From Adineta vaga (taxonomy: Eukaryota; Animalia; Rotifera): 64,000 nucleotides of DNA. Below the pieces are notes generated by a model. The model saw nothing but the letters and a program-made list of their open reading frames with translations. It ran no database searches and was not told where the DNA came from. Positions 27,001 through 41,500 of this stretch are shown here, one piece after another; the first letter of the stretch is position 1, and each line of letters begins with the position of its first letter. The stretch spans positions 12,400,001 to 12,464,000 of the forward strand of contig CP075492.1 in the NCBI GenBank assembly GCA_021613535.1. The letters run 5' to 3'. Made by a program: the position numbers and the translations under genes.

Positions 27001-30000
27001 GAATTGAAAAAAGCGGAAGAAAAAAAACGTATAGCAGAGCGTAGAAACAAAATAAAAAAAGAATCTATGCACGACTCACATATTCTCGTTTATAGTCAAT
27101 CTAATTGATTTTGTTGTCTCGCAAAATGGTAACACTAACGGGAAAAAAACGAAGAAGTAGCAAAGAAAAAGAGAAGAGAAGAGAGAAAAAGATGTAAGAG
27201 GTTATATTAGTTGTGACGGTGTTCTGTGAGGTGAAGGTAAGCGGTAGAGAAAATTGTAGTTTGAAGAATACTTGTCAAGAGTTAATATTAGTGAAAGTAA
27301 TCGAAGACTAACATTTTCAATATAATCATTGATGATGATAGTCCTATGTCAATACGATCATTGATCGATTGGAGAGAATCTGGTAATAATAATAATAATA
27401 ATCATTATGTTGACAACTTTGTTTACTTTACGATGTCCAAGAGTTGAGTTAATTTGTTGAAAAACGATTTAGTATGTAAAAGAAGAAAAAGACATTTCTT
27501 ACGCGAATAGATACATAGAAAGTTATCGTTGATCTATCAGTACAGATGAGATTACGTTAGTAAAAATGACAAGAAAGAGAAGACTTTTCTAATCGGCAAG
27601 TCAAGGTAAGTGTTGAACTATATTATATAACTTTTTTTCATCAACAAAACCGTATGAGATCTAACCGATAGAAAGATGACAATAAGAAACCAGTTGTTAG
27701 TTGAACTAACTGTAGAGGTTAGATGTCAGAATATATAATCTCTTTTTTTCTTCTCATGGGATAGAAAGAGATGAAAATCATTCGTGTCTTTTTCTAGGAT
27801 GAAGACAATAAATACCTCCCTAGAGTCGATGATTAACTACATATATACATAAATCAATACATTCATGCAATTTTCCACATAAAGATTTGTATTATTAGGT
27901 TTTCCAAAATCTTTCCTTTCATAGCACAAATAAATATTCATATATATGAGAATCTGTCGATCAAAGAACAATAGAGTGTGTTAAACGTTGTCGTCTTTTT
28001 TTCAATATACATACATACACATGTTCTACCGATGTTTTTGTGTATACACAAAATCAGTATGTTTTTAGACGCTGTTGTTAAGAACGAGTTGACATAAATT
28101 AGCTTCAATGCTTAATGCCATTCGGATATTAATGTTTTTTTTTCTCTCTCTCTCTCTCTCTCTTTTGCTTTCATTGTCTTTTGTTATCGATAAACACATA
28201 GAAAATCTATTTATCTACAAACGAACGAGAGATTTTTATTCACATAAATATTCTCAGGACTACGAAAGTCGCAATGAAGATCATTAAGTTTCCGATGTTG
28301 TGTATTTATTATGGTGCGAACGATTTAGTCGATAAATAATAAAAGACTTTTCTTTCTTCTTCTCGGTAAGTTTTTCTTCTTCGAAGACAAAAACAAAGAT
28401 AAAGAACTTTTATTTTATTGTCAAAATTAATTTTCTTTTGTTCATTATAAATCAATCAGTAGAAAGAATAAAACATAAAAATTTTCCTTTTCTTTTAGCC
28501 TCGATTTGATTGCGTCGATTTTTCTTCTCAACACATCATTTCTTGGCTCTTAACTTCTCTTTTATTCTTTATTATTAAATCTAACAAAATATATTAGAAA
28601 TTTTATTCAATCGATCGTTTTGTCTTGTTCTTTAATTCTTACAAAAAAGAAATTTATATCTTATTTCTACATCGAATTCAATCATTCGATTTACATATTT
28701 CTTCTTTTTATCAAGGTGAATAATCAACAACCTTGAACAAATATCTACAACATATTTATTTATTTATTTTTATTCATACTTTATTAAATCTTTTCTTTTA
28801 ATACCGTTCACTTCATTGAATCAATCAATAACTTGTGTACGTGTGTGTGAATAACTCACAGAACAAACAATATTAGAACATTGAAAAATCAAAAAAAGAA
28901 GTGTTCTAGTTAAACTATTCTGTACAAAAAAAAACCAAACAAACCACTTCTTATTATAACATATAAGGTAAGTACATATGTACAGATCGCATGGATAACG
29001 ATATAGTTATATGAAGATATTTGGCACAACTTTAAGACCAGATGTTAATCTACTCTTGATATACATTTTGTATCGATTAGAGGAGAAAGCTGATAGAATC
29101 GTGTGGTTTGGTTTTTCTCTTTTTTTCTTCTTCTTCATTGCTTATTGAAATATCAAACGATATATTTTTGTTTATCGGAAGCAGATATCTGTTTGGATGT
29201 TGAGTAGTGTCCTCTATCGGTTATGCCATCAATCTTATCCATAACTATATCTATATCTATATTTATATGTCGATATTTGTCTTCAAAGATATATCTTCAT
29301 TTATTTTAGAAGAACAAGACGAACGTATCATCCGATCTATTTATTCTCGAGCAAATCATAATAATAAAAAACTTAACTTCTATATATACGAGAAGACTAT
29401 CCGTAAGTAATTTATTGATCTTTTGAATAATGTGTTCGATCTATGTAAGAACAGCCTGTATAAGTCAATCATCTAGCTTGATTACAAGACAGAGACACAC
29501 ACACACACACAGACAAAAAAGAAGAATAATCTTCTTGATGGAGAGCGAGCGAGATATTTTACGCATCCATTTGCTCGATAGATTCATAACGAACTGATGT
29601 TAATATGACATCAATCTAACTATCGTTTTTGACATTATGTTTGTCTCTCATGCATGCGTATATTCATACATAATTTGTGTCCGCCTTTCACTCGTTACGA
29701 TTTATTTCGACATATTACTGTCGGATTTAGTACAAATTGTTCTGTTGGTTATCCAGAAGGTAAGATCATCAATTTAATGTACCAAAGAATTCTCCTCATT
29801 TGTCGAATAAAGTAATAATTCATCTTGGCAATAGTTGTGATCTTTTTACCTTGTTTCTCTAAATCTCACGAATACATTCTATCTTAAAAATCGCTCATTA
29901 GAATAAATAATGAGAACAATATTTATGAGCCATCTGCGTTATTGTTTTCAAACAAATCAATCGAACTATATATATATATATACACTTTTTTTTTGATTAA

Positions 30001-32534
30001 ATCAATTGTACTTTTGTCACCTAAGATAGTTTTCAATGTGTTTGTATATGATCGACATGATCATGTCAACAATCGTACGTTTTGAATACGAGATAGAATA
30101 ATTTGTAAGAAGAAAAAAGAAAAGGTTCGACAAATTTTGTTTGATGAAGTAGGCGGGTCACATATGTGCTTAAGTTTTGATATCGTTTCGTATAAATATG
30201 GAACAAAGAATCAGAAACTATTGATTCAAGCAGAGCAACAATTGAGGTGAAACTAAAGTGATATTTGTTAAATGTAGACAATTAAAAGATCCAAGCTGTC
30301 ACCCTTACATACCATTTCTATCATCAAGGACTTTTTGTCGAGAGATATTTTTTTTTCTGCTTTACACTTAAACAAAAAGTAATTTCCTTCAAAATCAAAA
30401 GAAATGAAGTGTTATAATGTCTTCTGTTTTCAAGTGTAAATATACTTGAGGTTCTTTTTATTTTCGAACAAGGCACTAGAAATGAAATATATATATATGT
30501 CTTATTGCGTGCAAAGACTTCATTTTTTCTTATTGACAAGCTTATATGTATACATTTATTGACTGAAAATGATCATTTGCAATACTGTGAGAAGAAAAAA
30601 GAACATGACATAGAAAGGGTATTGACAAGGTGACCATTGTTTGACCTTTTTTCTTTGTTAGAAATGATCGCCACATGTCTGTCTCGATATTATCGTCCAT
30701 TCTAATTGACTTCCGTAATAAGTGCAGGAAAAAATTAATCTTGGAGATGCATCATCAATAGATTAATCGAACAATTCTTCGTAGAGAAGAGAAGAAGAAA
30801 ATTACTAATAGAAATTCAATGAGACTAGTGAATATAGACAGAAGTTACGACTCTGTGTTTCGTCGTCTACTGTGATAGAAAAGGAAATAATTACAATATG
30901 CATTGCAATAAGTTTGAATGTGATTCAATGATAGACATGTTCTCAGATAATCACTAGCAACACCTCACGTGTGAATAGAGAATTGTATATATGTATGCAA
31001 TGCATTGTTATAATGAGAATGTGAAAAAAGAAGAAGAAAAAAAATAGAAACGAGAAATGTCAATTGTTTGATATGTTTTCATATGTGATTACATCAGCAC
31101 GGTCATTATTTAGAGTAAATATATATATTTGTATCATCAAAGATCGTTCTTTTCTATCCTGTATATCAATCTGAAAGAGATTTGTAATTGCTATTGATAA
31201 TCATATTTTGTGTATGTATGTATGCGCGTCAGGGAAAGTATGGGGAGGACAAACTTGTCTCATTTAATTATATTCATGTAATATACGAAATCCAATTGCT
31301 CTTCTATTATCGTCGCTGTTTATTCTTCATGCAAGGACGTATTGCTCGTGTGTACATCGATCAATGTAAAGGCACTTGTCGCTTTTTTTTCTGGCTCGAT
31401 TGCTATATCTATGCCTTTACAGATGTTCATTATACATACATTAATAAAATAGCATGGATCGTGCTTACCATTGAGAATCTAAGAAGGAAAAAGAAAAGCA
31501 AAGGATGTTGCCTTTCCATTTGCATAACAACAACAATAACAATCAATTTTCTCTCTCGTCGTTCTTTCGGCATACTTGGATGTTCTCTAGTTACGATAGA
31601 TACGATTGAGAAAAGCGGCCTTCATTGCCATTCATTCAGCCTACGTAATCCAATCGGCACATTTGATCAAAGAATCGATGGTGATCATCATCATCATTCA
31701 GGCGATCAGCAGAAAAAGAAAGAAACGGTGTATTACCAGTCTCTTTAGTTTCACTCCTTGGGTATCAATGAAAAAAAAATATATTGTATTTTCTTTTCCT
31801 ATTGTTCACTTCTCTTTTATGTGTAATAATGGAAAAGCTAGCCTATGAATGAACATGGAAAAAGCAATGACAATGTCGTTGAGTTCTCTTTTTTTCTTGT
31901 TTCTCTTTCTTCTATTTTTAAGTAAAACGCAAAGCGATAATAGGCGGACGCTTTTGCCACACGAACTAGAAGAGAGAAAAAAAACGAGTGCATGCTAATG
32001 TCTGAGAAAAAAAATAGTGGTGATGTATAAAAGAGAAAAAGAAAGAATTCATTCTGCTCGGTTGTCGCTGTCGTCTTCTTTCTTTTTCTTTACCCTCGTC
32101 ATCGATCGGTCGTTTATGAATCGTCTTCTTATTCCTTTTTTTTTCAACAGCGACAAAAAAGAGACGAACAAGAAGAAAAAGAAGAAGAAAAAAGAAGAAG
32201 ATTCTATTCCTACCACACAACCACTGCCAACTTTGACATTTAAAAAATGTTTTTCTTCTATCACGATTTTCCTCGTCGTTTTTTCTTCATCATCTTTTGA
32301 CGAACAACTTTTTTTGCTTTCCCTCTCTCTCCCTCTCTCTCTCTCTCTCTGACTCTCTTTTTCGATATTAATTTAGACTGAATAGTAGCAGTAACATACC
32401 ACTACCACCTTTATTTATTTCTCTCTCCCTCTGTTTCTTTTTGTTACCCCATTCGATACATCCATGTGTCGTCTTATAGTCTAGATTATAAAGACACATA
32501 CTCAGTGAAGAAACGAATCAATCGACAAGCACAA

Positions 32535-35500
32535 ATGGGTTGCTCAAACGCCCGTTTATTAGTCCAAGCACCAATGTCTGCTGAGCCCGGTGCAACACCA
32601 AATAATACATTGCCAACACCAACATCAGCTATTTCGCCAGCTAATGTTGCAACTGATACTAATTCAAATACAACAACACGAATGCATTTGACAGGAGTTG
32701 ATCTTGTTGTGGAAAGAAATGGATCGTATACACTTTTATTAACGCCCAAAACCCATAAGCAACTAATGCCCTATGTATTACGAAAGAAACGTTTTCGGTA
32801 AGACGTATTCATATTATTGATTATTATTATAATGGTTGCATTTTTTATTTGATAAATGAATGAATGAATGAATGAATAAGAAAAAAAAGCTAAGTGAGGT
32901 ATACACTGAAACATCATATGCGTATTTGCACGCACAACGTATTGTTAGTCAATGAAATTAGTTGTTCGAGAGGAAGGAACGATTCATGTATTGATTCACA
33001 TTTATTTTAAACTCAGTTAGATGATGCGCGAGTGGATGTGTATATGTAGATACCCGAACCCACTTAAGAAGAATTACAGAATGAGTTGTATGTTCTGTGA
33101 ACTGAAATCAAATCTACAATATATGAATAGCATAACAACAGAATCACTTTCTTCTTCTGGATTAATTATATGTTGACGATGTCATCGTATGAAATCGAAT
33201 AAAAAATATTTCTTTTCTTTTTCTTCTTCTGCATGATTGCGATTGATATTCTTAGAAGTACTCAAAAACAAGCTCTACATAGAAAAATAAGATACAACGA
33301 TTGAGATTGTGCTTTCGCGTGAAGTTGTCTATTATTACTTTCTATCAATAAGGTAAAACTTTAGGTGCGATAGGCGATTACCGGTAAAATGAATACTGAT
33401 ATATATATATCGAGTGATTTGAGATTAGCCATAGTCCCCAGAGATTCACACAAAGCATATTAACCGTTCTAGTCGTGTTTGATTGATTTTTCTTGTCAAG
33501 CATTTATTTGATCAAGAAAAGAAAAGAAAAGAACGTGTTTTATTTTTGTGAAAAAATCTGAATTTTTTACCAATGATTTCATGTTTTTTAATCGTCTTTT
33601 CCATATATGTATATATATATATATATTTCTAAGAAATTTATTTATTAATTTAATCTGATATTCCCCTGATGTCAATCGACTTTTCTATCAGCATAAAACT
33701 TTTCTTTTTCTCCTCCTCTTGAAACAAGCAGATGTCGCTATCGAAATCGTCCAAGGATAATAACCACTAGAAGACTACATTTTTGAGCAAAAAAAAGCGT
33801 TGACTATTCAGAAGAAAAGATAACCTTGTCTGAACTTATTCCTTCCATTGATTGAGTACATTAATAGAAAAATGATGGTGCCAAACATCATTAATAACAA
33901 GGATCATTATATACATTTGAATTTCAATACGTTTTTCTTTCTCTCCTATTTAGAATTCTCGTTGACAAACCTCGCTCGGATCAAACATTAGTTTCTAATG
34001 AACAATTAATGGAAAATTCTAAAATAAATACAAAAAAATTAAAAACTTCAATGGAATCAACCGTTGAATCAATGGAAAAAGTTGCATCAGATGAATTAAA
34101 TAAAGTTAAAACTCGATTTATTGGTGGTCGAAGTATTGATCGTGGAAATCCTGAAGATGAAGATACAATTATTCAATCAGATGATGAAGGTATGATTGAA
34201 GAAATCGTTACAACTATTGAAGAAGATAAAGATCTTGAATGCAAAGTAAAAAAGAAAATTGAAACAAAAAAGACGATTGCCCAAGATCCTGAAACTCATC
34301 ATACAATAACAAAAGTAGTTAAAACTGAAGTGACAGAAATAACTCGAACAATAACAATTAATGATGAACATGATCTTGAACGTGCAAAACGTGAGTTAGG
34401 TATCAATGATGTCAATAGACTCTTACCATTATCATCTACATTATGGAATGATCAACCGCGTGTTATTGAAGTTAAAGAAACACATTATGAACCAAAGAAC
34501 GAAATTGTTACTTCCAAAGATTTTCCATCCGATAGTCCAATTAAACAACTTCATCCAGAAGAAAACCCAGTTCTTGCCGAATCAACTGTAGTTGGACGAG
34601 GTCCAGTTACGGAGACAATTGTTCCATTACCATCTGCATCTCCACAAAAACCAATTGAAGTAAAGAAAAAGAAAAAGAAATCCAAACTTTGTTCATGTAC
34701 TCGTGGAGTTGATGATGAGAATGAAAAGGAAACAAAAAAGAATGATAAATTGATCGTTACTCCCACTGAACAAATCAAGATAACGTCTTTGATTACAACG
34801 GCAACAACACAAGTTGTTGATAAACCATCCATTGATACACATAATCAAGGTCAACAATTAATTTCCTCGGATATAAAACAATTAATTGTTGACAAAAAAG
34901 TTCTATTAATTGAATATATTCATTCAAAAATATTCTCTCCATCAAATTTATTTACATCCATTGATGATGATAAGAAAGCAAGAAAGATTTCATCACGTAT
35001 TCTTGATCTATTACGTTACGATCGTTGTCAATCATGGGCACAAATGTCTGAACAATTAACGGAAGAATATTCAAATTATCTCTCAACTAATATATCTATT
35101 CAACCGATTGTTAACACATATTATAATTTATTAACAACAAAACAATCGAATTTACTAAATACATTTTCAACCATACACAATGAAAATGATATTAAGAACA
35201 TTCATGAAAATCATGATTATCTTAAGATTGTACAAACATATCTTAATGAACATGATCAACAATCGACACCAATGGAAACGATTGAAAAACAACAAACAAC
35301 TGATTCTCATCATGATCAACATATTGAAAAAGGTATCAGATTGATTTCTTCAAGATTTTCATTGAGCATATTTTCTTTTCATTGAAATATATAACCTCAT
35401 ACTCATCTGACGTTTGATGGATAGATGTTCGATAATAACCTTGATGCTTAGCTGACTTTTCCGTTAGCATAACATTGAAGATATATATTTAACGAGAAGA

Positions 35501-38500
35501 AGATCCTTCTAAGTATATTTCTCTTTGGTAGATAAATTAAGACAAAATATAGATAATCGGCATAAGTTTCTCATTGGATTTTTTTTTTCTACTTCTTCTT
35601 CTTCTTTATATATGTAGTTGCATCTTGAATCTATATATATGTAGTTGCATCATTCTAACTCATTGAATAGACAAGTTACAGAACTGAAATGTTATAGCGG
35701 TTATCTAATTAGTCTGGAAGATGAACGTCTCTCGTCACGTCATAAGCAATTAATACATTCCGAGGTAAACTGAGAAGCAAAGGAAGGATTCTTTTTCCTT
35801 ATTGATATGTGACGAGTATAAAGAAAAGGTCGTGTTTATTTTATTGATGTATACAACACATCTCATTTTGATGCGACCATTGGGCAAATAATAGACACAT
35901 TGATACATTCCGAGGTGAACGAGTGATTGACTAGTAGAAGAAGAAGATTTGATCTTTTTTCTTCATTCGCGTGTATATGAATAGTTCAGTATAAGATAAT
36001 ATATTTGGTAACACAATGAGATTTATGCGGTCTGTTTATCTAATATACACGAGAAACACATTTTTAATCGAATCATTAATACAATTCAGAATAAAAGAAT
36101 TGATCGTTTGTATTCAATTGCTTTTTGACATTCAACCCTATTGAATCAAACTCTTCACTCTCATTTTCTCATTGTACAAATAAAATAAATGGCTTTTTTT
36201 CTTCTTAGAAATCAATGCTGATGACGAACAAGCGACTAAACAAATCACATCAACGGATAATATGGACGAACAAAGTTTACCAATCTACAATGAAGAACAT
36301 TTAAGCAAAATGCTTGCTGATATTTCTCAACATAAACCAATTACATTAGCTGAAGCAATTGCATATGAATACATTGATCTCGAAGATCCTAAATTAGGTC
36401 TTTCGAATGAAACAATTCAACGTATTAAAAATCTTTTTCATCCATTATCAGATGAATCAACATCGAACTTGATTCGTGTTAAACGTTCAGGTGAATATTT
36501 AACTGATATTAATCTTGCTGAAATTAATCCATTCGAAAAATTAACACATACGGAACCATATGTTTATCAATTACAACAATCTTTTGAACCAACATTAGAT
36601 TTTAGTGAAAAACAATTTCGTTCATTAACAGAAGCAATATTAAATAATAAAGATCAATATGATCAATTACAATTTGATATTGCACGTACATCATTACCAG
36701 TTTATGATGCAAAAGATCTATCAATCAATGATGTTAGTCAATCCGATTCAGGTTATTCAATGACGACAGCAACACATGAAAGTTTAGCAAGTAAAATAAA
36801 AATTGAATTTGAACCAACATTAGATTTTAGTGAAAAACAATTTCGTTCATTAACAGAAGCAATATTAAATAATAAAGATCAATATGATCAATTACAATTT
36901 GATATTGCACGTACATCATTACCAGTTTATGATGCAAAAGATCTATCAATCAATGATGTTAGTCAATCCGATTCAGGTTATTCAATGACGACAGCAACAC
37001 ATGAAAGTTTAGCAAGTAAAATAAAAATTGAATTTGAACCTATTCATCAAGATATCCCGATTGTATCGAAACGTGAAGATTTTGATGAAGATGAAAAAAT
37101 TGATTTAGATAAAGCAACACAAGAACAAATTGATAAATATGAATTGAATCATGATATCATTCAAATCATAAAATCCGATTTTCACGGATCAGATAAGGTA
37201 AATTTGATTTCGTTTATTTTTTTTTCTCTATATTTGATTATCTCTTCTATAGACTGTTGGACAAGCAATTTTATCACGTGAATTACGTTTGGATAGTTCC
37301 GATCCAAGTGATATTGCATATTTACATTCATTAGGTATATATAAAGAACAAATTCAGATTTTGAATGCACTCTTTTTCCCCAAACATTCACGTATTATTG
37401 CATATTCACCAGAACCAGGCCGTTTTGTTGAAGCACAAACAACATTCAATCCAGATTATTCGGGTTATAAAACTGATACAACAATTATTCAAATTCAAGA
37501 AAAACAACTTTCGTCGGATCATTTGGCAATGCAAAGAAATATTCATGATGATCGAACATCACCCAATCTTTCTCAACAAATGACAGAATCAGAAACAGTT
37601 ATTTCATCACCAGCATTATCAACAGTATCTCCAACACAAGAAATCGCTTTAACTACAGTTCATAAAGAGAAAACGCCATCATCATCATCATTACCACCAT
37701 CACCACCCGTTGTCCAGGTCAAAAAACGAAAATCAAGTGGTGGATTATTATCATGTTTTCGAAGTAAAAAACCAAAAGCAGGAACAGAACAACAGGGTCC
37801 TAGTCCAGTAAAGCCAACCATATTGATTATTGAACCCAGTAGTCCACAAGAACCAGTAAAATCTATTGTAGAAACAACTGTTACTGATTATTCGATTACA
37901 CCTGATGGTAAACGAATTTATATTGATGCATTCCGAGATCGACCTGGAATGGATATGTCTTATAGACCAGATGATTTCGAAAGTCGATTTGTGCTACCTA
38001 TTGTAAGAATATCTCAAATTTTTTTTATCTGTTTGATTTAATTGTTCTATTCTTCTTTAGACTAAATCTCCATCTGAATACGAACGACCCATGACGCCTG
38101 AAATCGAATCCGTTGTTCATAAATCTGAAATTGTCGAAGAACATTCAGTTCCTCTTCAATCTGACATTATTGTCCATTCAGAACCAGAAATAATTAAACA
38201 AACAACTGAAATTCAATTAGAATCTCGTCCAGAAATAGTTGAACAGGAAATTGAAGTCCATGAAGAATCTCGTCCAGAAATAGTCGAACAGGAAACTGAA
38301 GTCCATGAAGAATCTCGTCCAGAAATAAATGAACAAGAAACTGAAGAAATTCATTTAGAACCTCGTCCACCTACAATTGAACCAGTTCATGTCAAACCCG
38401 AGATTGTTGAACACAAAACATCTGTTCATCATCTCGAGCCTCGTCCAGCTACAATCGAACCAGTTGATGTTCAACCGGAAAAAACACCTATTGTGATTCC

Positions 38501-41500
38501 ATCGCGAAAATCTAATCACTCAAAAACGTCGAAAAAACCTGCTATCGATTTACATGGTGCAGCTGTCCATTTACCAGCTGTTGAACTAGTTGAACCTGGA
38601 CCATTACCTACTTTGCCAATAACAAAAGGAACGAAATTAACTGGTGGTTTATGTGCATCATGTTTTGGTGCTAAAGCTGCAGAGAAAAAGAAGAAAAAAG
38701 CAACTGCAGAACCAATTCCAGTTCCTGTTGAATCAAAGAAAAGTATCGTTGAAGAAAAAAAGGATGAAGTATTACCAATTATCGAAACACCACCAGCACC
38801 AATCCTTCGAAATGATCAACCGATTTTACCTAGAGTTAATATTGATACATTTAAAGAACGTAAATTTGACAAGAGTTATGAGGTAATATAAAATAGAACT
38901 GAAACATATGATTATAAAAAGCAATCTTCCTTTCTCTTTCAGTCTCTTCCAAAATCACAAGAACGATTAGATACAACTATTGAACATCAATATCAATCAT
39001 CTTCGACAGAATTAATTCCATTATCAACATCATCGACCGCTAAAACCAATACTGTAGCAGGAACTTCATATGGATCAACAACAGCTGTCGATACATCGAT
39101 CTTTTCTCGAGTTAATATTGATACCTTCAAGGAACGAACATTTCAAAAAAGTTTTGAAGTAAATTACATTAAGCTTTACGATTAGTTCGAAAACTAATAT
39201 TTTTACTTTCATTGTAGAGTCTTCCTAAATCTCAAGAACATTTAGCGACAACATCATCTGCTGAAAAATCTTATGATCAATCACCTACTACCGAAACTGC
39301 TTTGTTACCAACAAAGATACAGACTGCAGATAATTCATTTCTACATTCAAAAGTGAATATTGACACATTCAAAGAGCGAACTTTTCAAAAAAGTTCCGAG
39401 GTAAATGAGAAAATAAAGATTGAAATGGGTTTTTTTCAATTTTCTTTGCCTGTCTTTATAGAGTTTACCTAAATCGCAAGAACGTCTGGATGCAACGAAT
39501 GAACAAATCATACTACCCTTATCTGATGAATCTCACGATCAATTACCAAGCAGTCAATCTATCCCTTCACCCCTACCATCAAAAATACAGATCACACAGG
39601 CTGAATCTTCATATTCACGAGTGAATATCGATACATTCAAAGAACGAACTTTTCAAAAGAGTTTCGAAGTATGTCTATCAAGATCATTCTTGAAATAGTT
39701 CACATTTATGTTTTCTAGAGTCTCCCCAAATCCCAAGAACGTTTGGATTCAGTACCACCATCTGAAGAACCTCGTTATCAACTAATAAATGGTGAATCTG
39801 CGTTTCCACACCCAAAGATACAGACCACCGATGACTTACCTGATTATTCCAAAGTAAATATTGATTCATTCAAAGAACGAACATTCGACAATAATTTCGA
39901 AGTGAGTTATTATAAGAAGACAAACACAACTATTCTTTATTCTGTTATTCTCTATAGAGTCGTCCAAAATCCCAAGAACATTTGAATGATAAAGCAGCAG
40001 CAAAATCGTCTCCAACTGAAGAACCTCATTATCAATTACCCATAATCCAAAATACAGACGGTGGATCTTTATATTCCAGAGTAAATATCGATACATTCAA
40101 AGAACGAACGTTTGACAAGAGTTACGAGGTTAGTAATAGGAATATATTGGTAGAACGAGTTCTTATTCTCTTATTCTTCTTTTTTATAGAGTCTCCCAAA
40201 ATCACAAGAACGGTTAAATTCAGGAACTTCATCCGAAGAACCTCATTATCAACTACCAACCAACGAATCCGTCTCTCCAGTACCAAAGGTACAATCTACA
40301 AATGACGTATCTCTATATTCCACAGTGAATATTGACACATTCAAAGAACGAACCTTTGACAAAAGCTATGAGGTTAGTGATAGGAAGATCATGATACAAT
40401 GCGTTCCTATTTCACATTCGCTTTATCTTTTAGAGTCTCCCCAAGTCACAAGAACGTTTGAATTCAGCACCTGTGTCCGCCGAACCTCATTATCAACAAC
40501 CAGTCAATGAGCCAGTGCCATTGATATCTTCGACAAAAACTACTGATTCATTCGTTAAAGATTCATCGATATATTCCAAAGTGAATATCGATACGTTCAA
40601 ACAACGAACGTTTGATAAAAGTTTTGAAGTAAAACATAACCAAAAACGAATTGATCTGATTATATTTTCATATATCATACTTTTATAGAGTCTCCCTAAA
40701 CAAGCAACAACTGAAAGAAACACTTATGATATTCCTCGTACAATTGAACTTCAACAAACAACACCATCTGTTGAAATAAAGACAGACGAACAAGTAAGAA
40801 AGAGATAATATTATAATTGATTATGTTCATTCACACACATATACAGATACATTGATCGTATCATTAATCATGTTTAACACTTGATATGAAATGAACGAGT
40901 GACAGATGAAAAGAAACATGACAAGTATTATTAGCTAGTACTTGAAAGAATAAAAGAAGAAGGAGAAGGAGAAGAAGTCGACATCAAGAATGGAATGTAA
41001 ACAATACGTCGCGAGACGATCATGATAAGAACACGCAAAAGCATCGTGAATTCAGAGTTCATTAGAAGAAAAAGAATCGAACACGTGTTTAAAGTGCGCG
41101 AAACGATCTATCTTTCTTATTGTTTCTTTCAGAAAATCAATAACGAAGGAATGTCTCCCCCGGCAATTGATATTCCAAAAACTAAGTCGAAATCCAAGAC
41201 AAAAACGAAGTCAATGACTGTTGTGAAGGAAAAGAAAATAAAAAGTTCAACAACACTTGCAAGCGATAAGAAAAAATCTGGTCTTCTTTCGACATTATTT
41301 TGTCATGGTAATCGAAAATCCAAAGTACCTGCACTTGATTTACCTCCAATAGAACGTGATTTATCACCCAATAATCAATTGCGTCAACATGATAGTGATC
41401 CATTACATGTCCCAGCAATTGAATTACCTAAACTCGATCTTCCGTTACCGGCATACAATCGTCCAGAAGTAAATATGACCAGTGGTTCAATTAAACAATC

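Noticed and set aside
31188-31848. 186-aa and 80-aa ORFs upstream of the scaffold gene
   Set aside because: Non-ATG starts, low-complexity non-coding composition, no recognisable motifs and no phase-compatible link to neighbouring exons.
35670-35764. Possible extra coding exon (..LEDERLSSRHKQLIHSE) in scaffold intron 2
   Set aside because: Its splice phases (2 and 0) do not fit the phase-1 flanking junctions.
38832-40700. CRISPR-like repeat-spacer appearance
   Set aside because: The repeats vary mainly at synonymous positions, are split by GT-AG introns, have a period of about 230-275 bp and lie in a eukaryotic coding gene. No cas genes are present.
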